Of a DNA stretch of 64,000 nucleotides, positions 17,395 through 26,746 are shown one piece after another. Position 1 is the first letter of the stretch. Each line of letters begins with the position of its first letter. A model generated the notes under the pieces. It searched no databases. It was not told the DNA's origin and was given only the letters and a program-made list of their open reading frames with translations. The position numbers and the translations under genes were made by a program. This DNA comes from a virus (taxonomy: Duplodnaviria > Heunggongvirae > Uroviricota > Caudoviricetes), in IMG/VR virus record IMGVR_UViG_3300032257_000005, positions 1 through 64,000 of that record, one strand, 5' to 3'.

Positions 17395-18405
17395 ATGGAA
17401 AATATAGAAGATTATATAGCAGGAAAGAAAAGTAAATTAATCAGATTATCTTTAATAGTTGTTCTATCTTGTATTGGTATTTTGTATGGATTATCTGGTA
17501 TTACAGATATTGAACCGGGTGAGGTTGGTCTTAAGGTACAGAAGATTGGTTTAGAACGTGGTATTGATAAACATACATTAGACACTGGTATTCATTGGAT
17601 TGAGCCATTTACAAATGATGTTGCGATTTATGATACACGATTAAAGCAATATGATTTACCTGATGTACCTGCACAAACTAAAGATGGTCAACCTATTCTT
17701 GTTGATATGTCGGTTGAGATAGGTTTGATTGATGAACACGTACCTACATTGCATGAAACAATTGGTAGTAATTATTATCATCAAGTTGTTTATCCTGCAT
17801 TACGTGCAGCATTAAGAAATAGTACAACACGTAAAATGTCTGATGAAATTTATACCGGTGTTGGTCGTGTGTTTATTCAAAACAGTATGGAAAAAACATT
17901 ACGTGATAAATTAAAACCAAAAGGTATTCATATTGCTTTGAACTTACGAGATATATCTTTTCAAAATCAAGATTTTGTTAAGACAATTGAATTGAAAGCT
18001 AAAGCTTCTCAACAAGTTGTTATTGAAACACGTAGAGCTGAAGCCGCAGTACAGGCTGCTATCAAAGTTAAGAATGTGGCTGAAGGTGAAAAACAAAAAC
18101 GTATTAAGGCCGCAGAAGCAAATGCTGAAGAACAACGTTTAGAGGGTGTAGGTAGACGCGCACAAAAAGAGCAAGATGCTAAAGGTATTTTGGCAATTGC
18201 TAAAGCTGAAGCTGAAGGTGTACGTTTACGCCGTGAAGCATTAAGTGGTGCAGGTGGTGCTGAATTAGTATCTATTGAATGGGCAAAAAATCTTGGCCCT
18301 AATGTGAAAGTATACGGTATTCCAACAGGTTCACCGGGTACAAGTGCTTTAATGGATCTAAATGGTTTATTAGGTGGTGCGTTTAAAGGAGCAATGCCAA
18401 AATGA
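17395..18405 (+). CDS. SPFH/band-7 (prohibitin/HflKC-like) membrane protein
   Basis: N-terminal TM, then ...IEPGEVGLKV...TGIHWIEPFTNDVAIYDTRLKQYDLP...TKDGQPILVDMSVEIGL.... This is the SPFH-domain pattern, with a coiled-coil Ala/Glu-rich C-terminus. Confidence 0.6.
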   Translation: MENIEDYIAGKKSKLIRLSLIVVLSCIGILYGLSGITDIEPGEVGLKVQKIGLERGIDKHTLDTGIHWIEPFTNDVAIYDTRLKQYDLPDVPAQTKDGQPILVDMSVEIGLIDEHVPTLHETIGSNYYHQVVYPALRAALRNSTTRKMSDEIYTGVGRVFIQNSMEKTLRDKLKPKGIHIALNLRDISFQNQDFVKTIELKAKASQQVVIETRRAEAAVQAAIKVKNVAEGEKQKRIKAAEANAEEQRLEGVGRRAQKEQDAKGILAIAKAEAEGVRLRREALSGAGGAELVSIEWAKNLGPNVKVYGIPTGSPGTSALMDLNGLLGGAFKGAMPK

Positions 18406-18649
18406 TGGATTGGGTAATTAATAATCCATTAACTCTTTTAGTTGGATTATCTGCGATAGTAATTATTGCGGTACTTATTATTACGCATTTTATTAGAAAT
18501 AAGGAGTGGAAAAAATGAGGTGGTTTATAGCAAGTATTGTTATAGGAATAATAGCTATTATTTTAGCGCCTTATGCCATGTGGTTAGGCAAGAAAATAAA
18601 AGCCTTTGTTATAGGTTTAGTTTCTAAACCAGACAATCAAGATAAATAA
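18402..18649 (+). CDS. two tandem tiny membrane peptides (18402..18516 and 18515..18649), possible SPFH partners
   Basis: Short hydrophobic ORFs (MMDWVINNPLTLLVGLSAIVIIAVLI..., MRWFIASIVIGIIAIILAPY...) not in the track. Each follows a GGAG-like RBS. Confidence 0.25.
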
Positions 18650-18650
18650 A

Positions 18651-19142
18651 ATGAATCTTATTGCTATTGATCCCGGTACTGAAATATCGGCAATTATTAT
18701 TTTTCATCAAAATGAAATTGTTTATGTTGGGATTGATGATAATTATGATATTTTAGAACGATTGAAAAAATTGTTTCAATATAGTGAAACTAGATATGAA
18801 ATAGCTATAGAAATGATTGCAAGTTATGGCATGAGTGTAGGGCAAACAACATTTGAAACTTGTGTATGGATAGGTAGATTTATACAGGCTTATGATGATG
18901 GTGATTGGGAGTTTGTGTATAGAAAAGAAGTTTGTATGCATTTATGTGGTTCTGCAAGAGCTAAAGATTCAAATATCAGGCAAGCGTTAATTGATATGTA
19001 CGGCGGTACAAAACAGATAGCAGTAGGTACAAAAAAGGCACAAGGCAAGCTGTACGGGTTCAAGTCACATCTTTGGGCAGCATTAGGTGTAGCTGAAACG
19101 TATAGAGAGAAAAAACGCTTAGAACGTATTACAGGGGTTTGA
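18651..19142 (+). CDS. RuvC-like Holliday-junction resolvase (putative)
   Basis: MNLIAIDPGTEISAIII... (D-P-G start), later ...IAIEMIASYG... acidic residues, 163 aa. This resembles phage RuvC/YqgF-type resolvases. Confidence 0.4.
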   Translation: MNLIAIDPGTEISAIIIFHQNEIVYVGIDDNYDILERLKKLFQYSETRYEIAIEMIASYGMSVGQTTFETCVWIGRFIQAYDDGDWEFVYRKEVCMHLCGSARAKDSNIRQALIDMYGGTKQIAVGTKKAQGKLYGFKSHLWAALGVAETYREKKRLERITGV

Positions 19143-19174
19143 TTAGTCTATAATAAGCCAAGGAGGGCGACATT

Positions 19175-19423
19175 ATGATACCGCCATTTATATTAGAATT
19201 ACTTGATAAAGAAATTGTTAAAAAAGTTTTAGATATTTTAAAAGACAGGAGGGTTTTATTAGGTATTGCATTAATAGCATCACATTATTTTGTATATTAC
19301 ATAGCATCAATGAATAAAGGCGATACTACGATTATTGAAAAAGTTGAAAAGCCAGTAATTGAAAAAAAGGAGGTTAAAAATGTTAAAGATTGTTATTACC
19401 AGCCTTATCCTAATAACCATTAG
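19175..19423 (+). CDS. membrane-anchored hypothetical protein
   Basis: ORF with a hydrophobic helix. Confidence 0.3.
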   Translation: MIPPFILELLDKEIVKKVLDILKDRRVLLGIALIASHYFVYYIASMNKGDTTIIEKVEKPVIEKKEVKNVKDCYYQPYPNNH

Positions 19424-19622
19424 TGCTTGCGGCTTACATCCTACAATTAAAGAAAATTGTGTTGTTGATACCAAGTTAGTTGAAAAACTATGGGTATTGG
19501 ATAGAGGTAAGACATACGGTGATTATATTAATAACACAAAACTGTATGAACAAATGATCAAACTTGATAACGCACGTAAAAATAAACTGAAAGAGGAATT
19601 AAAACAATGTTCAATAAAATAA
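19380..19622 (+). CDS. lipoprotein (start MLKIVITSLILITISAC-, lipobox ISAC)
   Basis: Signal peptide plus Cys lipobox. Confidence 0.4.
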   Translation: MLKIVITSLILITISACGLHPTIKENCVVDTKLVEKLWVLDRGKTYGDYINNTKLYEQMIKLDNARKNKLKEELKQCSIK

Positions 19623-19966
19623 TAAATGAATTTAAGTTGAATAGAGGTGATTTTGATGAAAAAAATAAATCAGGTTCTTTTGTTGTAAAAGGGTATGAGT
19701 ATGTTGGTAAGATTTGGCCTAAAGCTAATGATTATAGAGTTGTTGAGTATAAATTAAGAAGTTTTAATAGATATGGTATGCAAGCTAAGATTAATGAAGA
19801 ATGGATTGATGTTGTTGTATATGAAAATGGTTATGATGATGAAGGTAAAGTAAATCCTAGTAAGTGGTGTAAATTAAGTGATATTTGCTCATGGAGTAAA
19901 AACAGTATGACTTTATTTAAAAATTCAATTATTGGTATACCTGAAATACCTGAACCAGTTGAATAG
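19607..19966 (+). CDS. hypothetical protein
   Basis: ORF only. Confidence 0.3.
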   Translation: MFNKIINEFKLNRGDFDEKNKSGSFVVKGYEYVGKIWPKANDYRVVEYKLRSFNRYGMQAKINEEWIDVVVYENGYDDEGKVNPSKWCKLSDICSWSKNSMTLFKNSIIGIPEIPEPVE

Positions 19967-20004
19967 AATAAATTTAATATAATTAAAAATTAGGAGTTAA
20001 TAAA

Positions 20005-20574
20005 ATGCAAGAAAAATTAAAGATGCTTAGTATGATTCTATTATCTGCTTTATGGATATTCTTAATGGTACTGTTTTTTATATTACCCATTGAACAAGCC
20101 AAAGCGGATAACTCTGTTTTCTTTGGTATACGAACGCACGACTTTAAAGATATGGGCTATTCCGGGCAGATCTGCAATAAAGCGTGTATAGATATTGGTT
20201 ATCATAAAAACGTTTTACTAACGGGATTACTTTTTGATGCAACAACTGACAATAACAAATCATCATGGGGACGATTACAAGCCGGTGTAGGTTTATTAAA
20301 ACAAAACAATGTTTATACGATTGTTGGATTAGGTGGTGTAGGTGTAGGTGCTTTATCTGAAGATGGTGGTGTTGAAGTATCTTACAAGGTCGCTATTGAT
20401 AGAGATAAAATAGTCATGCGTGGATGGGATTTAGGAATACGATTACGTGAAAGTGAAGAAGATGAACTTATTACACCTATGAAGAAATTACCGACACCAC
20501 CAAAACATTATAATTGTAAACACCCGCATAAACATAAATGTGGTGATGATAAACATAGGAATAAGCATGATTAA
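20005..20574 (+). CDS. secreted/membrane protein with a His/Lys-rich C-terminus (KHPHKHKCGDDKHRNKHD)
   Basis: N-terminal signal/TM segment; His-rich tail. Confidence 0.35.
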   Translation: MQEKLKMLSMILLSALWIFLMVLFFILPIEQAKADNSVFFGIRTHDFKDMGYSGQICNKACIDIGYHKNVLLTGLLFDATTDNNKSSWGRLQAGVGLLKQNNVYTIVGLGGVGVGALSEDGGVEVSYKVAIDRDKIVMRGWDLGIRLRESEEDELITPMKKLPTPPKHYNCKHPHKHKCGDDKHRNKHD

Positions 20575-20751
20575 TTTGTTTAAACGATTATTATGTAGGC
20601 ATGAATTTGAATCATGGGTTACATATAATAAATTTGACTTTCCTATGCGAAGTTATAGGAAGTGTATTAAATGCGGAAACAATGAAATAAAGACAACGTA
20701 TAGAACGGGTTGTGAATCAATAAAATGGCTATGAAAGGAATGGACAAGTAA

Positions 20752-21009
20752 ATGACTGAAGAAAATAAAAAAATGAGAATGGAGAGAATTAATAGATTAC
20801 TTCATGAGCTTAGATATGAAATAGAGCGTGGGTTTATGGAGCATGAAATAGAAGAACGTATTGGATATGAATTTGTAGTGCCTATTAGTCGTGAAATAAA
20901 TAATGGTGTTGTTCATTGTAGATTTGAAACTAGGCCGGTACATATGGGTTCAGTTATGGGAAAAGATTTAAATATGGAGCCAAGATTAAAGATAATAAAA
21001 AATGAATGA
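20752..21009 (+). CDS. hypothetical protein
   Basis: ORF only. Confidence 0.3.
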   Translation: MTEENKKMRMERINRLLHELRYEIERGFMEHEIEERIGYEFVVPISREINNGVVHCRFETRPVHMGSVMGKDLNMEPRLKIIKNE

Positions 21010-21074
21010 TGATGATATTGAATACGTAGAAGAACGTGCAGCCATTCTTGAATACGATGCTGGCATGAATCGTT

Positions 21075-21320
21075 TTGATGCTGAAACTGAGGCTATTAGG
21101 TTATTACATGAACATAAACAACATAAAGAAATATCATGATGGTGTTGCTCATAACATAGATATATTTGTATGCCCTGAATGTGAGCAAGTGAAACCACAA
21201 CAGTATAAGAAAAGATACAAAGGAAGATCTATATGCATACGTTGCAAAAATAATTTACGTGCAGAAGTATTACGTAAAATACGTGAAGCTGATAAAAAGG
21301 TATTTGGGAGGATATTATGA
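21075..21320 (+). CDS. small zinc-ribbon protein (CPECE...CIRCKNN)
   Basis: CxxC...CxxC. Confidence 0.3.
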   Translation: MMLKLRLLGYYMNINNIKKYHDGVAHNIDIFVCPECEQVKPQQYKKRYKGRSICIRCKNNLRAEVLRKIREADKKVFGRIL

Positions 21321-21491
21321 GTGATGAAACATTTTTTTGTACAGGTTGTAGTATGCATAAGCCTATTCATTTAAAAACAAATCATAGAAAGCACAGACCG
21401 TTATGCGTGTCATGCAAAGAAAGAATGATTAATCGTATGAGTGAATTAAAGGCTGTAGAAGAAACTAAAAATATACTCAAGGAATTGAAAT
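21318..21491 (+). CDS. small zinc-ribbon protein (57 aa; CTGCS...CVSCKER); not in the track
   Basis: CxxC...CxxC; paralogue-like to 21075..21320. Confidence 0.3.
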
Positions 21492-21681
21492 GAGAATAAT
21501 AAGGAAAGAATCTGTAGCTGATAATTGCACTGAATGTATATATTTTAATACTGATTCAAATAATAATCCTTATTGTGAGCATGAAGAAGGTGGTAGCGTA
21601 TTAATTTTAATTATTGTAGAACGTGGATTTCCTAAAAATTGTCCACTTTATTATGATGAATCACTTGGAGTATGGAGGTAA
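21490..21681 (+). CDS. small Cys-rich protein
   Basis: ORF; CTEC...CEHE...NCP. Confidence 0.3.
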   Translation: MRIIRKESVADNCTECIYFNTDSNNNPYCEHEEGGSVLILIIVERGFPKNCPLYYDESLGVWR

Positions 21682-21950
21682 TGGATATTTATAAAGAAGT
21701 TTTAGATATTAAAAAGAAATATGATAAACAAGGAGCCTCTTATAATAATAGAACTATTTTTTTATCAAAAGATGAATGCAAAACGGTATTACGGCAAATA
21801 CATTTAAAATCCAAAGAAATAATATTATCACTTGAAAATATAGCTGTTATGGAAGCTTATCTTGAAATGGATGCTGAAGAATTATATTTTGATGGGCAAT
21901 TTAAGTTATTTGGATTTACTTTAAAATATGATTTTCAGGATGCGTTATGA
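21672..21950 (+). CDS. hypothetical protein
   Basis: ORF only. Confidence 0.3.
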   Translation: MEVMDIYKEVLDIKKKYDKQGASYNNRTIFLSKDECKTVLRQIHLKSKEIILSLENIAVMEAYLEMDAEELYFDGQFKLFGFTLKYDFQDAL

Positions 21951-22234
21951 AGTTATTTTTAGCTATTTGTATATTTGTAATTCCTTTTATTGTTATGTTA
22001 TGGGGTATCTTTAAGGTTAAGAAAAATAACAGAGTAAAAATATTTAAAAAATATGGTGTAGTTAAAGGTATGAAAGATGATAAATACGATATTTAATTAT
22101 TTGGTTACTATTTTTGGTTGTATAGGATTTTTTTATGTTTCAGATCAGCTTAGAGATTATGGATATAGTTGGGTAGTTGGAGCATTTGTTGCTATTGTTC
22201 TTTTGTCATTTGTTATTGATTGGAGTAGAAATAA

Positions 22235-22474
22235 ATGAAATTAATAACTGAAAAACAATATGCTGTATTAGTTGATTCATTAAAGTTTTATGCAGATCAA
22301 CATAATTATGATTCATTAACTGATGATGAAGATTTACGACATACTAAAATGAATAAAGATCATGGTGCAATAGCAAGAATGGCATTAGAATTTTATCAGG
22401 ATGAAGAAGAAAGAAATAAACAAAGAATAATTGATGAAGTGAATACGCACAATCAGAGATTAAGGGATAAATAA
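22235..22474 (+). CDS. hypothetical protein
   Basis: ORF only. Confidence 0.3.
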   Translation: MKLITEKQYAVLVDSLKFYADQHNYDSLTDDEDLRHTKMNKDHGAIARMALEFYQDEEERNKQRIIDEVNTHNQRLRDK

Positions 22475-22716
22475 TGTCAGATAAAATAGTTCATCATTTT
22501 CAGACTAACCATGAATTTAGAAAAGATGTAGGTTTTGCTACTGTAGAATTGAATATGATTGTATCAGAAGTATTAATGGAAAGACCTAATCATGATAATG
22601 AAGTTATATCAACTGCCGGTAAGGTTGTTGGTATTGTATTTAAAGAATCAGAAAAATTAGATACTGTCATTACTGGTTTAAAGACGTTAGTACGTAGATT
22701 AGAGGAATTAAAATAG
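22474..22716 (+). CDS. hypothetical protein
   Basis: ORF only. Confidence 0.3.
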   Translation: MSDKIVHHFQTNHEFRKDVGFATVELNMIVSEVLMERPNHDNEVISTAGKVVGIVFKESEKLDTVITGLKTLVRRLEELK

Positions 22717-23082
22717 TGGAATACTTTTACGTTTATTTGTTATTAAATTTAATTGCATCTTTAATAGGATATAGGTTAGATACTAGAACATCATATAACG
22801 TTAAAAATACTCATTGGTTAATACTCATATATATATTTTTATTTTTATTATTTTTATACATTCCGTGGTTGATTTTAACATTATCAGTTAGATATTTTTA
22901 TGATTGAATACATTCCATATTACATAGGGCTTAATTTAATATTAAGTATTATGTGTTTAAGACTGATACCTGTAAAAGCAGATACAAGTTTAATAGAAAA
23001 AATATTAGCGGCTACATTATCACTTTTATTTTTAGCACCATTAACATTATTAATTATGGTGAGAAATGCATTTAAAACCTAG
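22716..23082 (+). CDS. two small membrane proteins (22716..22907 and 22900..23082)
   Basis: Hydrophobic ORFs. Confidence 0.3.
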
Positions 23083-23560
23083 ACCTGTATACGAAAAGAA
23101 ATCTGATTTATCTAATGAATTAATGGTAGCTAATGCATTAGGTAAAGTTTGTAATTTTTATGCACAAAAAGCGGCTGAATTTTTTTGGTGTGATTTTATC
23201 ATGCGAAGGGATGCACGAATAATTAGTTATATGGAAGTAAAATGCCGTACAAATAAGCGTGATCAATACCCTACATACATGATAAGTAAGGCAAAATATG
23301 ATAAACTGATAGATATGGACAAGCCAGCAATACTTGCTGTTAGATGGATAGATTTCACTGGATTTATAAAACTAAATACGGCACAAATAAAAATAGAAAA
23401 AGGTGGTCGTAGGGATAGAAATGATAATAAAGATGTTGAAGAATGTGTGTTTATCAATATTGCTGATTTTAATTGTATTGCCAATAATGAATTAAGAGTA
23501 CGCGCACAAGAAACTGAGGAATGGTTAGCGGAATATACAAAGAATGAAATGTCATATTGA
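23066..23560 (+). CDS. hypothetical protein, possible PD-(D/E)xK nuclease
   Basis: ...ISYMEVKCRTNKRD... / ...AVRWIDFTGF... are D/E-x-K-like segments. Confidence 0.25.
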   Translation: MHLKPRPVYEKKSDLSNELMVANALGKVCNFYAQKAAEFFWCDFIMRRDARIISYMEVKCRTNKRDQYPTYMISKAKYDKLIDMDKPAILAVRWIDFTGFIKLNTAQIKIEKGGRRDRNDNKDVEECVFINIADFNCIANNELRVRAQETEEWLAEYTKNEMSY

Positions 23561-23581
23561 TATGACCTTTGGAGAATAGAA

Positions 23582-23782
23582 ATGGATATTAGCGTAAAAT
23601 TTATACTTACATCAATATTGTTTGTGCTTTTTTCTGGTTTAGTTGCTTCTTCAATAGAAGATGAAGCCAGTGGAGTTTATGTAGTATTGGCTATAATTTT
23701 TTATTTAAGCTTATTTTCTTTAATTTTTTATTTAAGCTTATTTTCTTTATTTGCATCTTGTTTTTATTGGGTATGGTCATGA
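23582..23782 (+). CDS. small membrane protein with an internal 27-bp tandem duplication (IFYLSLFSL x2)
   Basis: ORF; direct DNA duplication at ~23697-23750. Confidence 0.3.
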   Translation: MDISVKFILTSILFVLFSGLVASSIEDEASGVYVVLAIIFYLSLFSLIFYLSLFSLFASCFYWVWS

Positions 23783-23944
23783 ATGAAGATATAAAACATG
23801 AATTAGTAAAGTTAATGAAAGATGCTTTAGATAGAACAGTACCTGATATATGGTTTGATGCCTTTGCATTAGCTGCATTTAAAGTAGCTCACGGTGAGAA
23901 ATACAATATTGATATTGTAAATGATTGCAAGAAGGAGTTAATAA

Positions 23945-24280
23945 ATGAATGAAGAAATAGGTGATCATATGAGTGAAGAAATGATAGATGTTGAATTAAG
24001 GTGCGATAAAAAGTTAGCCGATAAAATAAATAAAATGACAAAAAAAGAGCTTATTGGTGAAATTATTGGAATCAGTGTTAAGGCATTAAATGATAATAAA
24101 AAACATAAAGTAGCAATGGAAGCTAAAAATGATGATATTTTTAAATTAAAAAATGAAATTAACTTATTAGAACGTGGAATTGTAATTTTAGATAAAAAAT
24201 TAGCTAAGTCTGAATCTTATGTAGAACAGGGTCGTGCTATGGTTGAATCAGTTATGGAACGTTGGTATCACTACGATTAA
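23945..24280 (+). CDS. hypothetical coiled-coil protein
   Basis: ORF only. Confidence 0.3.
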   Translation: MNEEIGDHMSEEMIDVELRCDKKLADKINKMTKKELIGEIIGISVKALNDNKKHKVAMEAKNDDIFKLKNEINLLERGIVILDKKLAKSESYVEQGRAMVESVMERWYHYD

Positions 24281-24291
24281 GGGGATAACAA

Positions 24292-24579
24292 ATGAAATTT
24301 GAAATAGGTGAAATAGCATACGCATATAGAGAAAGTACAAATGAATGGAATGAATGTGAAATAGTAGGTGGATTAGGGACATATCAAGTTGCCCCTAATA
24401 AATTTAAATCTAATCTTTATTTAATAAAAATTGAAGGTTACGTAAGTCATGTTAAAAGTGGTTATTGGTCAGTACCTCCATATAAATTAAAAAAGAAACA
24501 ACCTCCACAAGAACTAGGATCTTACGAAGCATTAAAGGATATATGGATACCTAATAGAAATGATTTAGTTGAATCATGA
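24292..24579 (+). CDS. hypothetical protein
   Basis: ORF only. Confidence 0.3.
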   Translation: MKFEIGEIAYAYRESTNEWNECEIVGGLGTYQVAPNKFKSNLYLIKIEGYVSHVKSGYWSVPPYKLKKKQPPQELGSYEALKDIWIPNRNDLVES

Positions 24580-25100
24580 AAATAAAAGATATGCAAAATG
24601 CATTTTATAGACATACAGTTCAAAGATACGAAATGTTAGCACCTAATATATATCTTGATTGGCGGTTTAATGAAATGGATTTACTTGGTTTACGTAAAAG
24701 TGGTTATATTGACGAGATTGAAATAAAACTTACCAAATCTGATTTTAAAGCTGATTTTAAAAAAACAGTTAAAGTTGATGGTGAAATGAAATCATTATTT
24801 CCCTGCGGTGTTAAGTATCCAGAAATAATTAATAAACCAAAGCATGATGCATTACAGGAAGGATTAAACCACTGTAATTATTTTTCATTTTTAATACCTG
24901 AAGAATTAGTTGATAAATGTGTAATACCAGAATATTCAGGTTTATATGTATATAAGGTTGATAATACTGGGATTGGTAGAGTTAGTGAAATAAAAAAAGC
25001 ACCTTTATTACATAAACGTAAAATAAGTGATCATTTTAAATATTGTATTGGTCGTAAAATGGCATACAGATATTGGAATAATGAATCAGATATATTTTAA
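24576..25100 (+). CDS. MmcB-like / PD-(D/E)xK nuclease-fold protein (putative)
   Basis: ...DWRFNEMDLLGLRKSGYIDEIEIKLTKSDF... is D...E-I-K-like core spacing typical of MmcB-type proteins. Confidence 0.35.
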   Translation: MKIKDMQNAFYRHTVQRYEMLAPNIYLDWRFNEMDLLGLRKSGYIDEIEIKLTKSDFKADFKKTVKVDGEMKSLFPCGVKYPEIINKPKHDALQEGLNHCNYFSFLIPEELVDKCVIPEYSGLYVYKVDNTGIGRVSEIKKAPLLHKRKISDHFKYCIGRKMAYRYWNNESDIF

Positions 25101-25110
25101 GGGGTAAGTT

Positions 25111-25374
25111 ATGAAGTTACAAGAATATTGCGATACTTTAAATATAGAAATAAGAATAATTTATTATCCAAATCAAGATAATAGATGGAGTGCTGCTTTT
25201 AATTGCTGTGAAGTATCTGAAGGATCTATGTTAATAAGTCAGTATGGAGATGGTAACAGTCCAGATGAAGCAATACGTGAGTACATTAACTGCATAGAAG
25301 GTAAAAAAATCGTGTTTAATGCGGGTAGTGATGATAGTAGAGAATATGTTGTACCAAAGGGAATTATATTATGA
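25111..25374 (+). CDS. hypothetical protein
   Basis: ORF only. Confidence 0.3.
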   Translation: MKLQEYCDTLNIEIRIIYYPNQDNRWSAAFNCCEVSEGSMLISQYGDGNSPDEAIREYINCIEGKKIVFNAGSDDSREYVVPKGIIL

Positions 25375-25545
25375 AACAAGACATAGGCGTAGAAAGGCCA
25401 AAAGAAAAAATATTGTTTGATGCTATTATAAGAACGATTGAAGAATACAGTGATGGTGTTCCATTCTTATCTACGCTTGGTGCATTAGAACTTGCGAAGA
25501 TAACGGTTATTGATGAACAAGTTGAATCTATACGGGGTGAATAGA

Positions 25546-25659
25546 AATGAATAAATCAATTAATGTTATATCAGCTATTATACTTGTTATTTTATTAACA
25601 CCGCTTTTATTGGCATGTATTATCCCTTGGTTTATGGGTAGAGCTGCGAGGCTATAAAT
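25546..25659 (+). CDS. tiny membrane peptide (MNKSINVISAIILVILLTPLLLACIIPWFMGRAARL); not in the track
   Basis: The start lies in the GTGAATAGAAATG context. Its stop overlaps the next start (TAAATG). Confidence 0.25.
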
Positions 25660-25900
25660 GAATAAAATAATTAATTCACCTCCACGAACAGGAATGAGTT
25701 CATTATCTAATTGTGGGGTAACTAAACAAGAATTTGAAAATGCAGTAAAAGTATTTAGTGTTCTTGGAGTCAGTCTTAATGATATCAATTTAAATTTAAA
25801 TAAATTTGCAAAATCAATTAAAGAATACAAAAAAAATAATAAGAAAAGCAACGGTTTTGATAAACGACATAATTTATTAATACGAAATAAGCATAGGTGA
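25658..25900 (+). CDS. hypothetical basic protein
   Basis: ORF. Preferred over antisense ORF 25528..25938 because of operon context. Confidence 0.35.
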   Translation: MNKIINSPPRTGMSSLSNCGVTKQEFENAVKVFSVLGVSLNDINLNLNKFAKSIKEYKKNNKKSNGFDKRHNLLIRNKHR

Positions 25901-25903
25901 TAT

Positions 25904-26134
25904 ATGAATAAGCTAATTATTATATTTATAATGCTCATGCCACTATCAGTATTTGGGACGAGGACTGATTATATTCAAACAAAAGTAATATGTGAGGAAG
26001 GCTATAAATTTCTCATTGTTTATGTATGGGGAGATAAAAACGAAAATGGCTCTATAAGATCGCCTTCAGTAGTGCAGATGTATGAAATTAACAGACAAAT
26101 ATCTTTACCACCAAGACCTATGAGATGTAAATAA
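25904..26134 (+). CDS. secreted small protein (signal peptide)
   Basis: N-terminal hydrophobic signal. Confidence 0.3.
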   Translation: MNKLIIIFIMLMPLSVFGTRTDYIQTKVICEEGYKFLIVYVWGDKNENGSIRSPSVVQMYEINRQISLPPRPMRCK

Positions 26135-26135
26135 T

Positions 26136-26708
26136 ATGAGTAGTTACATAATCATACGAGAAGATTTGGAAAACGAAACCAAGTGGCATATTGTTTGGGG
26201 TACTAATAATTTAGGCTCGGTTGTACCGAAAGAAGGTAAAGATGCTTTTTATGTCAGTCGATGGGCTGATGGATGTATTAGTATCAAACTTCCTTGGGAT
26301 TACATATATGCAGGTGAGCAACCAGAAAGGCTAGTTGAAGCTTTGCAGTTATCTATAAAAATGGATAAAGATGAAAAGGCAAAGAACCGAAAACGTTTTG
26401 AAAATAATTTCGATAGAGATTATGGTGATAGGGTTGATTTAAATTTAATTCAAACACGAGTGGTATTGGATAACCCCAAAGCCAGAATAAAAATAACAGA
26501 AAAATATGCAACACCAGAGATCTATTATAATGATAAATGGCTAGTGTTAGGTGGAACTGATTTGATTGATGATATTAAAACAACCACCTGTTTCAATTTG
26601 GACGAAGATTTAGAAAGTATGATTGAAGCTTACCGATCTCAAATTAACTTTGGTGCAAGAGTAACCGATACTGGTTTTTTTGTTGTTACTTCTTTAACGG
26701 ACGGATAA
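26136..26708 (+). CDS. hypothetical protein
   Basis: ORF only. Confidence 0.35.
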   Translation: MSSYIIIREDLENETKWHIVWGTNNLGSVVPKEGKDAFYVSRWADGCISIKLPWDYIYAGEQPERLVEALQLSIKMDKDEKAKNRKRFENNFDRDYGDRVDLNLIQTRVVLDNPKARIKITEKYATPEIYYNDKWLVLGGTDLIDDIKTTTCFNLDEDLESMIEAYRSQINFGARVTDTGFFVVTSLTDG

Positions 26709-26746
26709 TATGAGCAATTGGAAAAACAGAATAATAGGAACAGATA

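Noticed and set aside
14806-23484. Minus-strand ORFs 14806..14997, 17944..18135, 18753..18941, 20986..21198, 21149..21370, 23263..23484 within the plus-strand early block
   Set aside because: They are antisense to better-supported plus-strand genes (the HTH replication protein, SPFH, the RuvC-like gene, zinc-ribbon genes, the nuclease-like gene) and are hydrophobic or low-complexity. They are likely AT-rich noise.
25528-25938. 136-aa minus-strand ORF
   Set aside because: It overlaps three tightly coupled plus-strand genes that have proper TAAATG/ATGA junctions. It is hydrophobic and low-complexity, and is likely spurious.
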